From NCBI GenBank assembly GCA_949286725.1, contig CASECZ010000004.1, forward strand, positions 23,159-87,158: a stretch of DNA of 64,000 nucleotides. The letters are read 5' to 3'. Positions 1 through 11,584 of the stretch are shown piece after piece; the first letter of the stretch is position 1, and the number at the start of each line of letters is the position of its first letter. A model generated the notes under the pieces. It had not been told where the DNA came from. It searched no databases and worked only from the letters and a program-made list of their open reading frames with translations. The translations under genes were made by a program, and so were the position numbers. Source of the stretch: an uncultured Clostridia bacterium. Its GTDB lineage: Bacteria; Bacillota; Clostridia; Christensenellales; CAG-917.

Positions 1-95
1 TTTTCTACCTCCAAGAATTCGTGTATATATGTGACGCGCAGAAAGCCGCTTGAAATTGGAATGCGCGGCCAGCCGCTCTGCGCCCGATTGCCTGA

Positions 96-212
96 TTAGC
101 CCTGACGCTGTTTATGGTTGGGATACTTAGGGCAAATTACCATAACTTTGCCGTTTCTTTTGATGACTTTGCACTTGTCGCACATCGGCTTGACGCTGGG
201 TCTGACTTTCAT
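96..212 (-). CDS. rpmJ: 50S ribosomal protein L36
   Basis: The last 38 aa of track ORF 96..653 ([38 protein letters not shown]) form a full-length L36 with a Cys3-His zinc motif. ATG is at 210..212. The long N-terminal extension of the track ORF overlaps infA and is Arg/Ser-rich noise. Confidence 0.9.
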   Translation of the reverse strand: MKVRPSVKPMCDKCKVIKRNGKVMVICPKYPNHKQRQG

Positions 213-229
213 ATTAACCTCCAAAAAGT

Positions 230-448
230 CTATTTGTTTCTGTAAATAATTCTGCCCTTGGTGAGGTCGTAAGGCGACATTTCGATTTTGACCTTGTCGC
301 CCTCGAGAATTCTGATGTTGTTGATGCGCAGTTTCCCGCCGAGATACGCCAGGATGACGTGACCGTTGGAGAGTTGCACCTTGAACTGGGTCTTGGGCAG
401 GACCTCGATTACTTTGCCTTCGGTTTCGATTACATCTTCTTTGGACAT
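230..448 (-). CDS. infA: translation initiation factor IF-1
   Basis: 72-aa [44 protein letters not shown]..., a typical S1-fold IF-1. It sits between map/KOW and rpmJ. Confidence 0.95.
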   Translation of the reverse strand: MSKEDVIETEGKVIEVLPKTQFKVQLSNGHVILAYLGGKLRINNIRILEGDKVKIEMSPYDLTKGRIIYRNK

Positions 449-456
449 AAAACTCC

Positions 457-723
457 TTATTTTGCGTTTTTGTCGTAGAGTTTGAGCGCGCTGTACAGTT
501 CGGTGTCGAACACTTGCGCTCCCAGCTCCAATTTTTCGGCAATGCGTTCGAGCCTGTCGCCCGTCGCACGCAGATGTCTGACGTTTTTGAGCTTCGCGTT
601 GCGTATGCGCCTGAGGTCCCCGTCGGCAATCCGCACGAACGTTTCGTCGACAACCTCTACCACAACGAAATATCTTCCTTCGTCGCGGCCGGATTTGGAA
701 TATACGATGTCACCTTTTTTCAT
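457..723 (-). CDS. KOW domain-containing RNA-binding protein (small protein between map and infA)
   Basis: Track ORF 457..843 trimmed to the internal ATG at 723 ([40 protein letters not shown]...). The sequence TGATG gives a 1-nt overlap between this start and the map stop. The 40-aa upstream extension overlaps map. Confidence 0.7.
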   Translation of the reverse strand: MKKGDIVYSKSGRDEGRYFVVVEVVDETFVRIADGDLRRIRNAKLKNVRHLRATGDRLERIAEKLELGAQVFDTELYSALKLYDKNAK

Positions 724-1466
724 CAAAGCGTCAATATCTCCGCTCCGTTCTCGGTGAGCGCAACCGTGTTCTCGTAATGCGCCGAGGGCTGTCCGTCCAG
801 CGTGACGCAGGTCCAGTCGTCGTCCAACGTCGTCACCTGCCACGTTCCCGCGTTCACCATCGGTTCGATGGCGAGCACAAGACCCGTTTCCAGCCTTACG
901 CCGTGTCCCGCTCTGCCGAAGTTCGGCACCTGCGGGTCCTCGTGCATCTGTCTGCCTATCCCGTGACCGACCATCGCGCGTACTATCGAAAAGCCTCTCG
1001 ACTCGTTGTACTCCTGTATCGCGTGGGAGATGTCACCCAGCCTGCTGCCGGCACGGAACTGTTCCACTCCGACGAAAAAACTCTCGCGCGTGGTTTCGAC
1101 AAGCCTCTTCTTCTCTTCGGAAACCTCTCCGACGAGAAAGGTTCTTGCCGCATCCGACTGCCATCCGTTGAGTATCGCGCCCACGTCGACGCCGATAATC
1201 ATACCCTCTTCCAGTCTCCTGTGGCTCGGTATCCCGTGCACGACCACCTCGTCGATAGAGGTACATATCGAGGCGGGAAATCCGCCGTAGCCGAGGAAGG
1301 AAGGCTGCGCGTTGTGTTTTTTGATGTAATCGTAGGCGTACTCGTCCAGTTTCTTGGTGCTGACGCCCGGTTTGACCTTTTCTTCAAGATAGAGGAGCAG
1401 GTCGCGGAGTATTGCTCCCGATTTTCTCATAAGCTCGATTTCGGACTTGCTTTTGAGAATTATCAT
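723..1466 (-). CDS. map: type I methionine aminopeptidase
   Basis: 247 aa, MIILKSKSEIELMRKSG...GHGIGRQMHEDPQVPNF...EPM... with metal-ligand motifs. Its ATGA start overlaps the adk stop. Confidence 0.95.
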   Translation of the reverse strand: MIILKSKSEIELMRKSGAILRDLLLYLEEKVKPGVSTKKLDEYAYDYIKKHNAQPSFLGYGGFPASICTSIDEVVVHGIPSHRRLEEGMIIGVDVGAILNGWQSDAARTFLVGEVSEEKKRLVETTRESFFVGVEQFRAGSRLGDISHAIQEYNESRGFSIVRAMVGHGIGRQMHEDPQVPNFGRAGHGVRLETGLVLAIEPMVNAGTWQVTTLDDDWTCVTLDGQPSAHYENTVALTENGAEILTL

Positions 1467-2083
1467 TCGAGCACCTTCTTTATTTTGGCGAAATCCTCTT
1501 CAATCGTTCCCGTCGCGTCGATGTCGATCAGAATGCCCTTTTCGGCATAATATCCGATGAGGGGCTCGGTCTGCGCGCGGTACACGTCCAGTCTGGCGCG
1601 CACCGTTTCGGGTTTGTCGTCGTCGCGAATAAAGAGTTTCTTGCCGCATTTCGGGCAAACCTCGCTGCCGTTCAGCGTCGAGGTGTGACAGGTTGCCCCG
1701 CACACGCATACGCGCCTTCCCGACAATCTCGCGACTATCACGTCGAACCCGACCACGATGTTGATTGCGATGTCGATTTTCGCCACTTTGTCGAGGGCTT
1801 CCGCCTGCGCTATCGTGCGGGGAAAGCCGTCGAGTACGTAGCCGTTTGCGGCGTCGGGCTGCGCCAGCCTGTCCGCCACTATGCCGATGACGACTTCGTC
1901 GGGCACGAGCGCGCCCTTGTCGATGTACGACTTGGCAAGCGTGCCCAACTCGGTGCCTTGCTTGATATTCATACGGAGAATATCGCCCGTGGAGATGTGA
2001 GGGATCCCGTATTCTTTTGCGATGAGTGCGGATTGAGTGCCTTTGCCTGCGCCCGGAGCACCCAGCATTACGATATTCTTCAT
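1463..2083 (-). CDS. adk: adenylate kinase
   Basis: 206 aa with P-loop GAPGAGKGTQ and a Cys-containing lid (CVCGATCH...CPKCG). It follows secY as in Firmicutes spc operons. Confidence 0.95.
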   Translation of the reverse strand: MKNIVMLGAPGAGKGTQSALIAKEYGIPHISTGDILRMNIKQGTELGTLAKSYIDKGALVPDEVVIGIVADRLAQPDAANGYVLDGFPRTIAQAEALDKVAKIDIAINIVVGFDVIVARLSGRRVCVCGATCHTSTLNGSEVCPKCGKKLFIRDDDKPETVRARLDVYRAQTEPLIGYYAEKGILIDIDATGTIEEDFAKIKKVLE

Positions 2084-2093
2084 ACTGACCTCA

Positions 2094-3398
2094 CTATTTC
2101 AGGAAGCCCTTGTAATGTTTCATCATTATCTGGGATTCCAGCTGTTTGTTGAATTCGAGTGCCACCGACACGACGATGAGCAATCCCGTTGCGGAGAACG
2201 CGGAGTTGAAAGGCAGCGCGCCGCCGTCGGACAGAGCCTGGAAGATGAAGGTAGGCACGAGCGCGATTACCATAAGGAAGAACGCGCCGAACAGCGTCAC
2301 GCGGTTGCTTATCTTTTTGAGGAAGTCGCTGGTGGGTTTGCCTGCGCGGATTCCGGGGATAAAACCGCCGTACTGCTGGATGTTTTTGCTGACGTCTTCG
2401 GGGTTGAACTGTATCTGCGCGTAGAAGTACGAGAAGAACAGAATGAAGAGCGCGAGCAATACGTAATAGACCCAGGTACCGGAGCCCATATGGGTGCTGT
2501 ACCACAGATACGCTTCGCTTTCACGGGCGAACAGCGCCATAATCATCTGGGGGAACATCAGAAGGGAGGAGGCGAAAATGATGGGCATAACGCCGCTGCC
2601 GTTGATTCTGATGGGAATGTAGGTGGTCTGACCGCCGTACATTTTGTTTCCCTTTATCTGCTTGCTGTACTGCACCGTCACGCGTCTTTCCGCGAGGTCC
2701 ATAAAGACGATGAACGCGAATATCGCGAAAACGATGAGTATGAAGCCGATGATGTTCCAGATGTAGGTCCACTGCTGTCCGACCATCTTGAACGCGGTCG
2801 CCATAGTGGTGCCTGCGGTGGACAGAATGCCGATGAAGATGATGAGCGACGTGCCGTTGCCCACACCGTATTCGGTGATTCTTTCGCCCAGCCACATGAC
2901 CATCGTGCTGCCCGCCATCAGAATGATGATGATGCAAGCCATAGTGAGATAGGGAGCGTCCCAACCCGTTTCGAAGGGGAAGACGGAGTTGATGTTCGCT
3001 TTCCAGCCGATGACAACGCCGATACCCTGAATGGCGGCGAGAACGAGCGCGAAATAACGAGTAATCTGCGTGATTTTGCGTCTGCCCGCGTCACCCTCTT
3101 TGGACAGCTTCTCCAACTTCGGAATGACCAAAGTGAGAAGTTGCATAATGATGAACGCATTGATGAACGGCAGTATGCCGAGTGAGAACAGCGTGGCGTT
3201 CTGCAAGGAGCCGCCCGTGATGGTGGACAGAATGCTCAGAAAATCGTCACTCGTAAAATAACTCGCAACTGCGGTGCTGTCGATACCCGGGACGGGAATG
3301 TAGCAGCCTATTCTGTAAACCAGGAGCATAAGGAGAGTCAGAAAAATCTTTATCCTTATCTCTTTGGTCATCAACGCGTTTTTCAGAGTCTCAAACAT
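2094..3398 (-). CDS. secY: preprotein translocase subunit SecY
   Basis: 434-aa polytopic membrane protein (MFETLKNALMTKEIRIKIFLTLLMLLVYRIG...) between rplO and adk. Confidence 0.95.
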   Translation of the reverse strand: MFETLKNALMTKEIRIKIFLTLLMLLVYRIGCYIPVPGIDSTAVASYFTSDDFLSILSTITGGSLQNATLFSLGILPFINAFIIMQLLTLVIPKLEKLSKEGDAGRRKITQITRYFALVLAAIQGIGVVIGWKANINSVFPFETGWDAPYLTMACIIIILMAGSTMVMWLGERITEYGVGNGTSLIIFIGILSTAGTTMATAFKMVGQQWTYIWNIIGFILIVFAIFAFIVFMDLAERRVTVQYSKQIKGNKMYGGQTTYIPIRINGSGVMPIIFASSLLMFPQMIMALFARESEAYLWYSTHMGSGTWVYYVLLALFILFFSYFYAQIQFNPEDVSKNIQQYGGFIPGIRAGKPTSDFLKKISNRVTLFGAFFLMVIALVPTFIFQALSDGGALPFNSAFSATGLLIVVSVALEFNKQLESQIMMKHYKGFLK

Positions 3399-3400
3399 TA

Positions 3401-3847
3401 TTAAAGTACCTCAGCTTTGCCGCCTGCCTTTTCGATTTTCTCAATGGCGGAACCGGTAAACTTGTTCGCCTGCACGGTGACTTTCTTTTCGAGAGTGCCG
3501 TTTCCGAGGACTTTGAGTCCGTAAGGCTCCACAATCTTTATGATACCGGCTGCGACGAGTTGGTCGATACCCACGACCGCACCGTCTTCGAATCTGTTGA
3601 ATACGTCGACGTTGACAATGTTGTAAACGTGCGCGAATCTCTTATTGTTGAAGCCCTTTTTCGGGATTCTTCTCGTGAGGGGCATCTGTCCGCCTTCGAA
3701 GTTGGGACGTACGCCGCCACCGCTTCTCGCCCACTGACCTTTGTGACCGCGGGTGGAAGTCTTGCCGGTGCCGCTGCCGATGCCGCGACCCACTCTCTTG
3801 GAGGCAGTTCTTGCGCCTTCCGCGCCTTTGAGTTCCTGAATGTTCAT
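3401..3847 (-). CDS. rplO: 50S ribosomal protein L15
   Basis: 148 aa, [38 protein letters not shown]...; synteny. Confidence 0.95.
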   Translation of the reverse strand: MNIQELKGAEGARTASKRVGRGIGSGTGKTSTRGHKGQWARSGGGVRPNFEGGQMPLTRRIPKKGFNNKRFAHVYNIVNVDVFNRFEDGAVVGIDQLVAAGIIKIVEPYGLKVLGNGTLEKKVTVQANKFTGSAIEKIEKAGGKAEVL

Positions 3848-3858
3848 AGTTACCTCCG

Positions 3859-4065
3859 TCAGATTTCCTCCACCTTGACAAGGTGGGAAACTTTCTTGAT
3901 CATACCTCTGACAACAGCGTCATCCTTGAACGTGTTGGAGCTGCCGACCTTGTGAAGACCGAGAGCTTCGACGTTCGCCTTCTGGTTTTTCAGACAGGCG
4001 ATGGTGCTCTTGACGAGGGTGACTTTAATCATTTTTGCTTCTTCGGTTTTCTTTGCTGCTGCCAT
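3859..4065 (-). CDS. rpmD: 50S ribosomal protein L30 (with short N-terminal Ala/Lys extension)
   Basis: 68 aa. The core [30 protein letters not shown] is L30. ATG 4065 is preceded by GGAGG (4069..4073); the alternative internal ATG at 4032 lacks an RBS. Confidence 0.9.
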   Translation of the reverse strand: MAAAKKTEEAKMIKVTLVKSTIACLKNQKANVEALGLHKVGSSNTFKDDAVVRGMIKKVSHLVKVEEI

Positions 4066-4073
4066 AATTCCTC

Positions 4074-4589
4074 CTAGCCTTCGACGTCAACGCCGCGAAG
4101 TTTGGCAATCTGCTCCGCACTTCTCAGAGCGCACAGACCGTCAAGAGTGGCTTTCGCACAGTTGATGGGGTTGTTGGAGCCGATGGACTTCGTTCTGATG
4201 TTCTTCACACCCGCGACTTCGAGTACCGCACGGACGGGACCGCCCGCGATAACGCCGGTACCTTCTTCGGCGGGAAGAAGAATGACCTGACCGCGACCGA
4301 ACTTGCCGATGATTTGGTGAGGTATGGTAGTATCTTTGAGAGCGATGGTGGTCATGCTGCGCTTTGCAAGCTGAGTTGCCTTCTCGATTGCTTCGGGAAC
4401 TTCCGCAGCCTTGCCCATTCCGAGACCGACTTTGCCGTTTTCGTCACCGACGACCACGAGTGCGCTGAAACGCATGTTTCTGCCGCCCTTGACAACCTTG
4501 GTAACACGGTTGACCGCAATGAGTTTCTTGGTGAGACCGTCGTTCTCTTCTCTGTTTCTGTCGTTTCTTCTATTATCGCGTTCTGCCAT
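4074..4589 (-). CDS. rpsE: 30S ribosomal protein S5
   Basis: 171 aa, ...[27 protein letters not shown]...; synteny; RBS GGAGG. Confidence 0.95.
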   Translation of the reverse strand: MAERDNRRNDRNREENDGLTKKLIAVNRVTKVVKGGRNMRFSALVVVGDENGKVGLGMGKAAEVPEAIEKATQLAKRSMTTIALKDTTIPHQIIGKFGRGQVILLPAEEGTGVIAGGPVRAVLEVAGVKNIRTKSIGSNNPINCAKATLDGLCALRSAEQIAKLRGVDVEG

Positions 4590-4597
4590 AACTCCTC

Positions 4598-4966
4598 CTA
4601 GAACTCAAGTCCGGCCTCTCTCGCGCCGGTGGCAAGCGCTTCGACTCTGCCGGTGTAGATGTAACCGCCGCGGTCGAAAACGACTTCTTTGATGCCGAGA
4701 GCGAGCGCCTTCTTCGCAACGGCTTCGCCGACTGCTTTCGCCGCCTGACTCTTGGTCATTTTGGCAACCGCTTTGGCGATGTCCTTTTCGAGAGTGGACG
4801 CGGCGCAGAGGGTGACGCCCTTTACGTCGTCAATAACCTGAGCATAGATGTGGTTGGTGCTTCTGTACACGCACAGTCTGGGACGTTCGGCGGTGCCGGA
4901 AACCTTCTTTCTGACTCTTGCGTGGCGTATAACGCGGTCTGCGTTCTTATCTTTCTTGATTATCAT
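4598..4966 (-). CDS. rplR: 50S ribosomal protein L18
   Basis: 122 aa, ...[20 protein letters not shown]...[16 protein letters not shown]... Confidence 0.95.
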   Translation of the reverse strand: MIIKKDKNADRVIRHARVRKKVSGTAERPRLCVYRSTNHIYAQVIDDVKGVTLCAASTLEKDIAKAVAKMTKSQAAKAVGEAVAKKALALGIKEVVFDRGGYIYTGRVEALATGAREAGLEF

Positions 4967-4977
4967 AGTCTCACCTC

Positions 4978-5517
4978 TTATTTACCGGCAGTCTTGCCTT
5001 CCTTGTGGATGACGACCTCGTCCTTGTAGTGGATGCCGTATCCGTGATAAGGCTCGACGGGTTTGGTTGCCTTGATGGTCGCTGCGGTCTGACCGACCTT
5101 CTGACGGTCGATACCCTTGACCACGATTTCCAAAGGACCTGCCATTGCGAAAGTGATGCCTTCGGGAGCGTCGATTTCAACGGGGTGAGAGAAACCGATG
5201 TTCATCGTGAGTTTGTTTGCGGTGGCGGTTACTTTGTAACCGACGCCTGCCACAACGAGGTTTTTCTCAAAGCCTTTGGTCACGCCCGTAACCATATTGT
5301 TGATGAGGGCGCGGTAAAGGCCGTGAAGTGCGCGGTGGTCCTTGTCGTCGCTGTGACGCTTGACGAGGATGTGACCGTCTTCGAGGACTACGTCGATGGA
5401 ACTGTCGACTTTCTGCGTGAGCGTGCCGAGGGGGCCTTTGACGGTGACGAGATTGTCGGTGTTGTCGAAGGTGACGCCTGCGGGCAACGCGATGGGTGCT
5501 CTACCTATACGAGACAT
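4978..5517 (-). CDS. rplF: 50S ribosomal protein L6
   Basis: Track ORF 4978..5535 trimmed to [15 protein letters not shown]... (ATG 5517), which has an AAGGAGGG RBS immediately upstream. Confidence 0.93.
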   Translation of the reverse strand: MSRIGRAPIALPAGVTFDNTDNLVTVKGPLGTLTQKVDSSIDVVLEDGHILVKRHSDDKDHRALHGLYRALINNMVTGVTKGFEKNLVVAGVGYKVTATANKLTMNIGFSHPVEIDAPEGITFAMAGPLEIVVKGIDRQKVGQTAATIKATKPVEPYHGYGIHYKDEVVIHKEGKTAGK

Positions 5518-5528
5518 AGTAACCCTCC

Positions 5529-5924
5529 TTACCACACATAAGCGAGCACTTCGCCGCCGATGTGCTGCTCTCTGGCCTCTTTGTCGGTAAGAATGCCCTT
5601 GGAGGTGGACAGAATGGCGATGCCCATTCCGTTCAGGACCTTGGGAAGGTTATCGACGCCTGTGTAAACGCGGAGACCGGGGGTGGATACTCTCTTGAGA
5701 CCCGTCACGACTCTCTGACCTTTGACGGGACCGTACTTCAAGGTGATGAGTATATCGTTCTGAACGGGGTTCTCGACGATTTCATAGCCCTTGATGTACC
5801 CTTCTCTGACGAGTATGTCTGCTATGGAAACTTTGACCTTGCTGGCAGGAACGGTAACCGTTTCGTGCTTTGCAGTCAGAGCGTTTCTTATTCTTGTCAA
5901 CATATCTGCAATAGGGTCTGTCAT
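5529..5924 (-). CDS. rpsH: 30S ribosomal protein S8
   Basis: 131 aa, [15 protein letters not shown]...; RBS GGAGG. Confidence 0.95.
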   Translation of the reverse strand: MTDPIADMLTRIRNALTAKHETVTVPASKVKVSIADILVREGYIKGYEIVENPVQNDILITLKYGPVKGQRVVTGLKRVSTPGLRVYTGVDNLPKVLNGMGIAILSTSKGILTDKEAREQHIGGEVLAYVW

Positions 5925-5934
5925 ATATGCCTCC

Positions 5935-6120
5935 TTACCAGCTTGCCTTTCTGACTCCGGGAATCTGACCTTTGTAGGCGAGATTGCGGAAGCAGACTCT
6001 GCAAATGCCGTACTTTCTCAACACGGCGTGAGGACGTCCGCAGATGCGGCAACGGGTGTACTCGCGCGTCGAGAATTTCTGTGGTCTTTGTTGCTTGTTT
6101 TTCATTGAAGTTTTGGCCAT
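5935..6120 (-). CDS. rpsN: 30S ribosomal protein S14, type Z (zinc-binding short form)
   Basis: 61 aa with [20 protein letters not shown] (two CxxC pairs). Confidence 0.95.
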   Translation of the reverse strand: MAKTSMKNKQQRPQKFSTREYTRCRICGRPHAVLRKYGICRVCFRNLAYKGQIPGVRKASW

Positions 6121-6132
6121 AAGTCTGTCTCC

Positions 6133-6729
6133 TTACTTCGCAAAAGGCATACCCAGCAATCTGAGCAGTTCGCGTGCTTCTTCGTCGGTCTTCGCGGTCG
6201 TGACGATGCAGATGTCGAAACCGCGGACTTTCTCGATTTGGTCGTACGCGATTTCGGGGAATATCAGCTGTTCCTTGACGCCGAGGGCGTAGTTGCCTCT
6301 GCCGTCGAAGGACTTTGCCGATACGCCGCGGAAGTCGCGGACGCGGGGAAGCGCGATGGAGATGAACTTGTCGAGGAAGTCGTACATTCTCTCGCCGCGG
6401 AGAGTGACTTTCGCGCCGACGTTCATACCCTCTCTGACCTTGAAGTTCGCAACGCTCTTCTTGGCGGTGGTGACAACGGGCTTCTGACCTGCGATTTGCT
6501 TCAACTCTTCGACAGCAATATTCAAAGACTTGCTGTTATCCTTGCAATCACCGAGGCCCATGTTGAGCACGATTTTTTCCAGACGAGGAACTTCGTTGAT
6601 GTTCTTGTAACCGAAATGCTTTACAAGAGCGGGCACAACCTCGTCGCGGTATTGCGCTCTCATTCTATATCTTTCAGCATTTTGATCGGTTGCAGTTGCT
6701 TTAGCAACCTGATTTTTCTTTTCTGCCAC
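6133..6729 (-). CDS. rplE: 50S ribosomal protein L5 (about 20-aa N-terminal extension)
   Basis: 198 aa. A GTG start at 6729 follows GGAGG. The L5 core starts around [21 protein letters not shown].... Confidence 0.9.
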   Translation of the reverse strand: MAEKKNQVAKATATDQNAERYRMRAQYRDEVVPALVKHFGYKNINEVPRLEKIVLNMGLGDCKDNSKSLNIAVEELKQIAGQKPVVTTAKKSVANFKVREGMNVGAKVTLRGERMYDFLDKFISIALPRVRDFRGVSAKSFDGRGNYALGVKEQLIFPEIAYDQIEKVRGFDICIVTTAKTDEEARELLRLLGMPFAK

Positions 6730-6747
6730 GATATTACCTCCGTGATA

Positions 6748-7155
6748 TTAGTCTTTTTTCTCGGACTTGGAAGCGGTCTTTTTCTTTGCCGCTTTCTTTG
6801 CTGCTTTCTTCGCAGAGGACTTCTTCTCGTCGAGAGACGCACCGCACTTCGCGCAGACGCGGACGGACTTGACCTTGCCGTTCGCCTCTTCCTTGATGTG
6901 ACGGACTCTCACGACGCCGCCGCACTCGTCGCAGATGTGCATGACGTTGCTGCTGTCGATGGTGCCTTCCTGTTTGAGGATGCCGCCCTTGTCCTGTGCG
7001 TTTCTGGGCTTTTTGCTCTTGGAAATGATATTGACGCCTTCGACGTAAATTCTGCCGCTGTCGGGATTGACTGCGAGAACTTTGCCGGCCTTGCCTTTAT
7101 CCTTGCCTGCGATAACCATTACGTTGTCGCCTTTTCTGACATTCAAATTCGCCAT
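6748..7155 (-). CDS. rplX: 50S ribosomal protein L24, zinc-ribbon (C+) form with Lys-rich C-terminal tail
   Basis: 135 aa. The KOW core is RKGDNVMVIAGKDKGKAGKV. It is followed by CDEC...(24 aa)...CAKC and the tail KKSSAKKAAKKAAKKKTASKSEKKD. Confidence 0.93.
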   Translation of the reverse strand: MANLNVRKGDNVMVIAGKDKGKAGKVLAVNPDSGRIYVEGVNIISKSKKPRNAQDKGGILKQEGTIDSSNVMHICDECGGVVRVRHIKEEANGKVKSVRVCAKCGASLDEKKSSAKKAAKKAAKKKTASKSEKKD

Positions 7156-7164
7156 TTTGTCCTC

Positions 7165-7533
7165 CTACAGCACTTCGGGAGCCAGCGAGATTATCTTCAT
7201 ATAATCTTTGTCGCGCAACTCTCTTGCGATTGGCCCGAAGATACGGGTGCCCTGAGGCTGTTTCTGGTTGTCGATGATGACTGCCGCGTTGTCGTCGAAC
7301 TTGATATAGCTGCCATCCGCGCGCTGAATGCCCTTGTGGGTGCGCACGATGACCGCCTTGACGACGTCGCCTTTCTTCACCTTGCCGCCGGGGATGGCCG
7401 TCTTGACGGACGCGACGATAACGTCGCCGATGTTTCCGCTTCTGCGGAAAGAACCGCCGAGAACTCTGATACACATGATTTCTTTCGCTCCGCTGTTGTC
7501 AGCGACTTTAAGCCTTGTTTGTGGTTGTATCAT
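7165..7533 (-). CDS. rplN: 50S ribosomal protein L14
   Basis: 122 aa, [27 protein letters not shown]... Confidence 0.95.
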   Translation of the reverse strand: MIQPQTRLKVADNSGAKEIMCIRVLGGSFRRSGNIGDVIVASVKTAIPGGKVKKGDVVKAVIVRTHKGIQRADGSYIKFDDNAAVIIDNQKQPQGTRIFGPIARELRDKDYMKIISLAPEVL

Positions 7534-7543
7534 AGCGCCCTCC

Positions 7544-7798
7544 TTATTTGGCCTTCTCGATTATCTCGACAAGGCGCCAGCACTTTTCTTTGGACAGCGG
7601 ACGGGTTTCCGCTACCAGCACTTTGTCGCCGATACCGCACTCGTTGTTTTCGTCGTGCGCTTTCAGCTTCTTGGTGCGACTGATGATTTTCTTGTACAGC
7701 GGGTGCTTTACGCGTTCGGTGATGGCAACGACGATGGTCTTGTCCATCTTGTCGCTCACGACGATACCCACTCTTTCTTTTCTGAGATTTCTTTCCAT
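7544..7798 (-). CDS. rpsQ: 30S ribosomal protein S17
   Basis: 84 aa, ...[32 protein letters not shown]... Confidence 0.95.
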   Translation of the reverse strand: MERNLRKERVGIVVSDKMDKTIVVAITERVKHPLYKKIISRTKKLKAHDENNECGIGDKVLVAETRPLSKEKCWRLVEIIEKAK

Positions 7799-7813
7799 AA
7801 GACCCTCCGTTTA

Positions 7814-8032
7814 TCAGCCCTTGTTTCCGTCGTTCTTCGCACGGGCGATTTCTCTTTGACGGATTACGGTCTTGACGCGCGCTATATCGCGTCTGGTCTC
7901 GACCAACACCATAGGATTGGTGAGCTGATTGGTGGCATTCTTGAAGCGGAGGAAGAAGAGTTCCGACTTCAATTCGTTGAGCTTGTTCTGAAGCTCTTTA
8001 TCTGTCATTTCCAAAACTTGTTTAGATTTCAT
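7814..8032 (-). CDS. rpmC: 50S ribosomal protein L29
   Basis: 72 aa, ...[25 protein letters not shown]...; its ATGA start overlaps the rplP stop. Confidence 0.93.
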   Translation of the reverse strand: MKSKQVLEMTDKELQNKLNELKSELFFLRFKNATNQLTNPMVLVETRRDIARVKTVIRQREIARAKNDGNKG

Positions 8033-8463
8033 TCTTCACCGCCTTCGGCATCCATATCGGCCTTGGAAACACATTTGCACTTGACGGGCAGTTTGTGCAT
8101 TGCAAGACGGAGTGCCTCTTTTGCTATTGCTTCGTCAACGCCGGCGATTTCGAACATCACGCGACCGGGCTTGACGACGGCGACCCAGTATTCGGGAGAA
8201 CCTTTACCGCTACCCATACGGGTTTCGGCAGGTTTCTTGGTTACGGGCTTGTGGGGGAAGATGTCCACCCAGACCTGACCGCCACGACGGATATATCTGG
8301 TCATTGCCACACGGGCTGCTTCGATTTGATTGGAGGTTATCCAGCCGGGTTCGAGTGCGACGAGGCCGTATTCGCCGTATGCGATGACGTTGCCTTTGTT
8401 CGCCTTACCCTTCATCCTTCCGCGGAATTGACGGCGTCTTTTAACGCGTTTGGGCATCAACAT
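8029..8463 (-). CDS. rplP: 50S ribosomal protein L16
   Basis: 144 aa, [19 protein letters not shown]... Confidence 0.95.
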   Translation of the reverse strand: MLMPKRVKRRRQFRGRMKGKANKGNVIAYGEYGLVALEPGWITSNQIEAARVAMTRYIRRGGQVWVDIFPHKPVTKKPAETRMGSGKGSPEYWVAVVKPGRVMFEIAGVDEAIAKEALRLAMHKLPVKCKCVSKADMDAEGGEE

Positions 8464-9125
8464 TATTGATTTCCTCCTTCAATAGGATTTTTGCCAAGGA
8501 CTTCGCCCTTGTATATCCAGCATTTGACGCCGATTGCGCCGAACGTGGTGTGGGCAGTGGCAACGCCGTATTCGATGTCGGCACGGAGAGTCTGAAGAGG
8601 AATGGAACCCTCGTGATAACTCTCGCTGCGGGCGATTTCCGCGCCGTCCAGTCTGCCGGACACCTTGGTCTTGACGCCCTTCGCGCCGGCTTTCATCGCT
8701 CTTGCCATGGCCTGTTTCATACTGCGGCGGAAAGAAGCTCTGTTTTCCAGCTGTTTTGCGATGGACTCCGCAACGAGCTGAGCGTCTGCATCGGGATGTT
8801 TGACTTCCATGATGTTGATGCTGACTTTCTTGCCCGCCGTCGTGAGTTTCTGAACTTCCTTCATGATCTCTTCGACGCCTGCTCCGCCCTTACCGATGAG
8901 GACTGCGGGACGCGCGGTGTAAATACCCACCACGACTTTGTCCGCCGCGCGCTCGATGGTGATTTTGGAGATCGCGGTGTCGTAGTATTTCTTCTTTATG
9001 AATCTACGGATTTTGTCATCCTCGACGAGGTTGTCCGCGAAATGCTTTTTATCGGCATACCATTTGGCTTCCCAGGGTCTGATGATACCAATTCTGAGTC
9101 CGTTGGGGTCGACTTTCTGTCCCAT
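8463..9125 (-). CDS. rpsC: 30S ribosomal protein S3
   Basis: 220 aa, [24 protein letters not shown]... Confidence 0.95.
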   Translation of the reverse strand: MGQKVDPNGLRIGIIRPWEAKWYADKKHFADNLVEDDKIRRFIKKKYYDTAISKITIERAADKVVVGIYTARPAVLIGKGGAGVEEIMKEVQKLTTAGKKVSINIMEVKHPDADAQLVAESIAKQLENRASFRRSMKQAMARAMKAGAKGVKTKVSGRLDGAEIARSESYHEGSIPLQTLRADIEYGVATAHTTFGAIGVKCWIYKGEVLGKNPIEGGNQ

Positions 9126-9136
9126 TGTAAACCTCC

Positions 9137-9526
9137 TTATGCGTTCGCGCTGTCAAGAATGACGGTGATGTGGCTGGTGCGTTTGTTGATACGGAATGCT
9201 CTGCCTTGTGCTCTGGGCATGATGCGTTTGAGCGTGGGGCCGTCGTTTGCGTAGCACTCTGCGACAACCAGGTCGTTTCTGGAAAGGTTCTGGTTGTTTT
9301 CCGCATTGGCTGCCGCGCTGTTGACGAGCTTGTACAGTATCTCGCTTGCCGCCTTGGGGGTGTTCTCCAAAATCGCGAGAGCCTCGACGACGGGTTTGCC
9401 TTTGATGATGTCCAGCACTATTCTGACCTTGAAGGGAGAAATTCTGACGAATTTTGCCGTTGCTCTCGGTCTGTTGTCCGCCTTTGCCTGACGGTCGAGA
9501 GCTTTCTGTTTACTTCTTGTAGCCAT
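9137..9526 (-). CDS. rplV: 50S ribosomal protein L22
   Basis: 129 aa, ...[25 protein letters not shown]... Confidence 0.95.
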   Translation of the reverse strand: MATRSKQKALDRQAKADNRPRATAKFVRISPFKVRIVLDIIKGKPVVEALAILENTPKAASEILYKLVNSAAANAENNQNLSRNDLVVAECYANDGPTLKRIMPRAQGRAFRINKRTSHITVILDSANA

Positions 9527-9534
9527 ACTTCCTC

Positions 9535-9813
9535 CTATTTCTTACCGGTGGTCTTGTCGCCCGCGTGACCTCTGAAAGTACGCGTGGGAGAGAACTCGCC
9601 GAGTTTGCAGCCGACCATATCTTCGGTGATATAGACGGGCACATGCTGACGTCCGTTGTGGACGGCGATGGTGTGACCGACCATTTCGGGGAAGATTGTC
9701 GAGGAGCGAGACCAAGTCTTTACGGGACGGATGTCGCCGCTCGCGTTCATCGCATTTATTCTTTTCATAAGCCTTTCTTCAACATAAGGCCCTTTCTTTA
9801 CGCTTCTACTCAT
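9535..9813 (-). CDS. rpsS: 30S ribosomal protein S19
   Basis: 92 aa, [19 protein letters not shown]...[17 protein letters not shown]... Confidence 0.95.
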   Translation of the reverse strand: MSRSVKKGPYVEERLMKRINAMNASGDIRPVKTWSRSSTIFPEMVGHTIAVHNGRQHVPVYITEDMVGCKLGEFSPTRTFRGHAGDKTTGKK

Positions 9814-9823
9814 TTAATCCTCC

Positions 9824-10651
<828 letters not shown>

Positions 10652-10664
10652 ATCCGTATTCTCC

Positions 10665-10955
10665 TTATGCCATGCTCTCGAAGAACTCGATTGCCTTGCT
10701 GTCGGCGGTCAGGGTGACGATTGCCTTCTTGAAGGAAGAAGTTCTGCCTTCGTGGCGACCCATTCTCTTGACCTTGCCGTCGTAATTCGCTGTGTTGACC
10801 TTTGCGACCTTGACGCCGAAGATTTCCTCCACCGCAGCCTTTATCTGAGTCTTGTTGGCGGATTTGAGAACTTTGAAGGTGTATCTCTTTTCGGGAATAC
10901 CGTCATAGCTCTTCTCGGAAAGTACGGGCGAAATGATAATGTCGTACGCTGTCAT
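10665..10955 (-). CDS. rplW: 50S ribosomal protein L23
   Basis: 96 aa, ...[23 protein letters not shown]...; its ATGA start overlaps the rplD stop. Confidence 0.95.
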   Translation of the reverse strand: MTAYDIIISPVLSEKSYDGIPEKRYTFKVLKSANKTQIKAAVEEIFGVKVAKVNTANYDGKVKRMGRHEGRTSSFKKAIVTLTADSKAIEFFESMA

Positions 10956-11572
10956 TGTGCTGCCTCCTCGAGTTTTTTGATAGCACCCTTGGTGATGACG
11001 AGGTTGCGGGTGGCAACGATATCGTACACATTGAGCAGTCTGACCTCTTCGAGAGAAACGGTGGGGATGTTTCTGCTTGCGCGCAGAGCTTCCTCATCGT
11101 ATTCCTCGACGACGAACAGGGTCTTGCCGTTGAGTTTGAGTGCTTCAACCGCCTCGGCAACCAGTTTGGTCTTGGGTTCGGCAAGTGCGAACTTGTCGAG
11201 CACGACCACCTGCTCCTGACGGATTTTCTCGGAAAGTGCGGAATAGAAGGCCGCCTTTCTCATGCTCTTGTTGACTTTCTGGGAGAAGTCGCGGGGTTTC
11301 TTCGCGAACACCACGCCGCCGCCGACGTACTGAGGGGCGACGATGCTGCCCTGACGTGCGCGACCGGTGCCCTTCTGACGGTAAGGCTTTGCGCCGCCGC
11401 CGCGGACTTCGCTTCTGGTGAGTGCGCTCATCGTGCCCTGACGCTTGTTGGCAAGCTGTGCCACGACAACCTGATGAATGAGAGCCTCGTTATATTCGCA
11501 ACCGAAGACTGCGTCGCTGACTTCGATGCTACCGGCGGATTTGCCGGCCATATTCAGAACTTTCAGTTTCAT
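10952..11572 (-). CDS. rplD: 50S ribosomal protein L4
   Basis: 206 aa, ...[33 protein letters not shown]... Confidence 0.95.
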   Translation of the reverse strand: MKLKVLNMAGKSAGSIEVSDAVFGCEYNEALIHQVVVAQLANKRQGTMSALTRSEVRGGGAKPYRQKGTGRARQGSIVAPQYVGGGVVFAKKPRDFSQKVNKSMRKAAFYSALSEKIRQEQVVVLDKFALAEPKTKLVAEAVEALKLNGKTLFVVEEYDEEALRASRNIPTVSLEEVRLLNVYDIVATRNLVITKGAIKKLEEAAQ

Positions 11573-11584
11573 ATCTACCTCCGA

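Noticed and set aside
2037-7683. Long plus-strand ORFs opposite secY and the r-protein genes (2037..3185, 382 aa; 6238..7683, 481 aa; 10955..12253, 432 aa).
   Set aside because: They are antisense to universally conserved genes, with no RBSs and a shadow-ORF composition.
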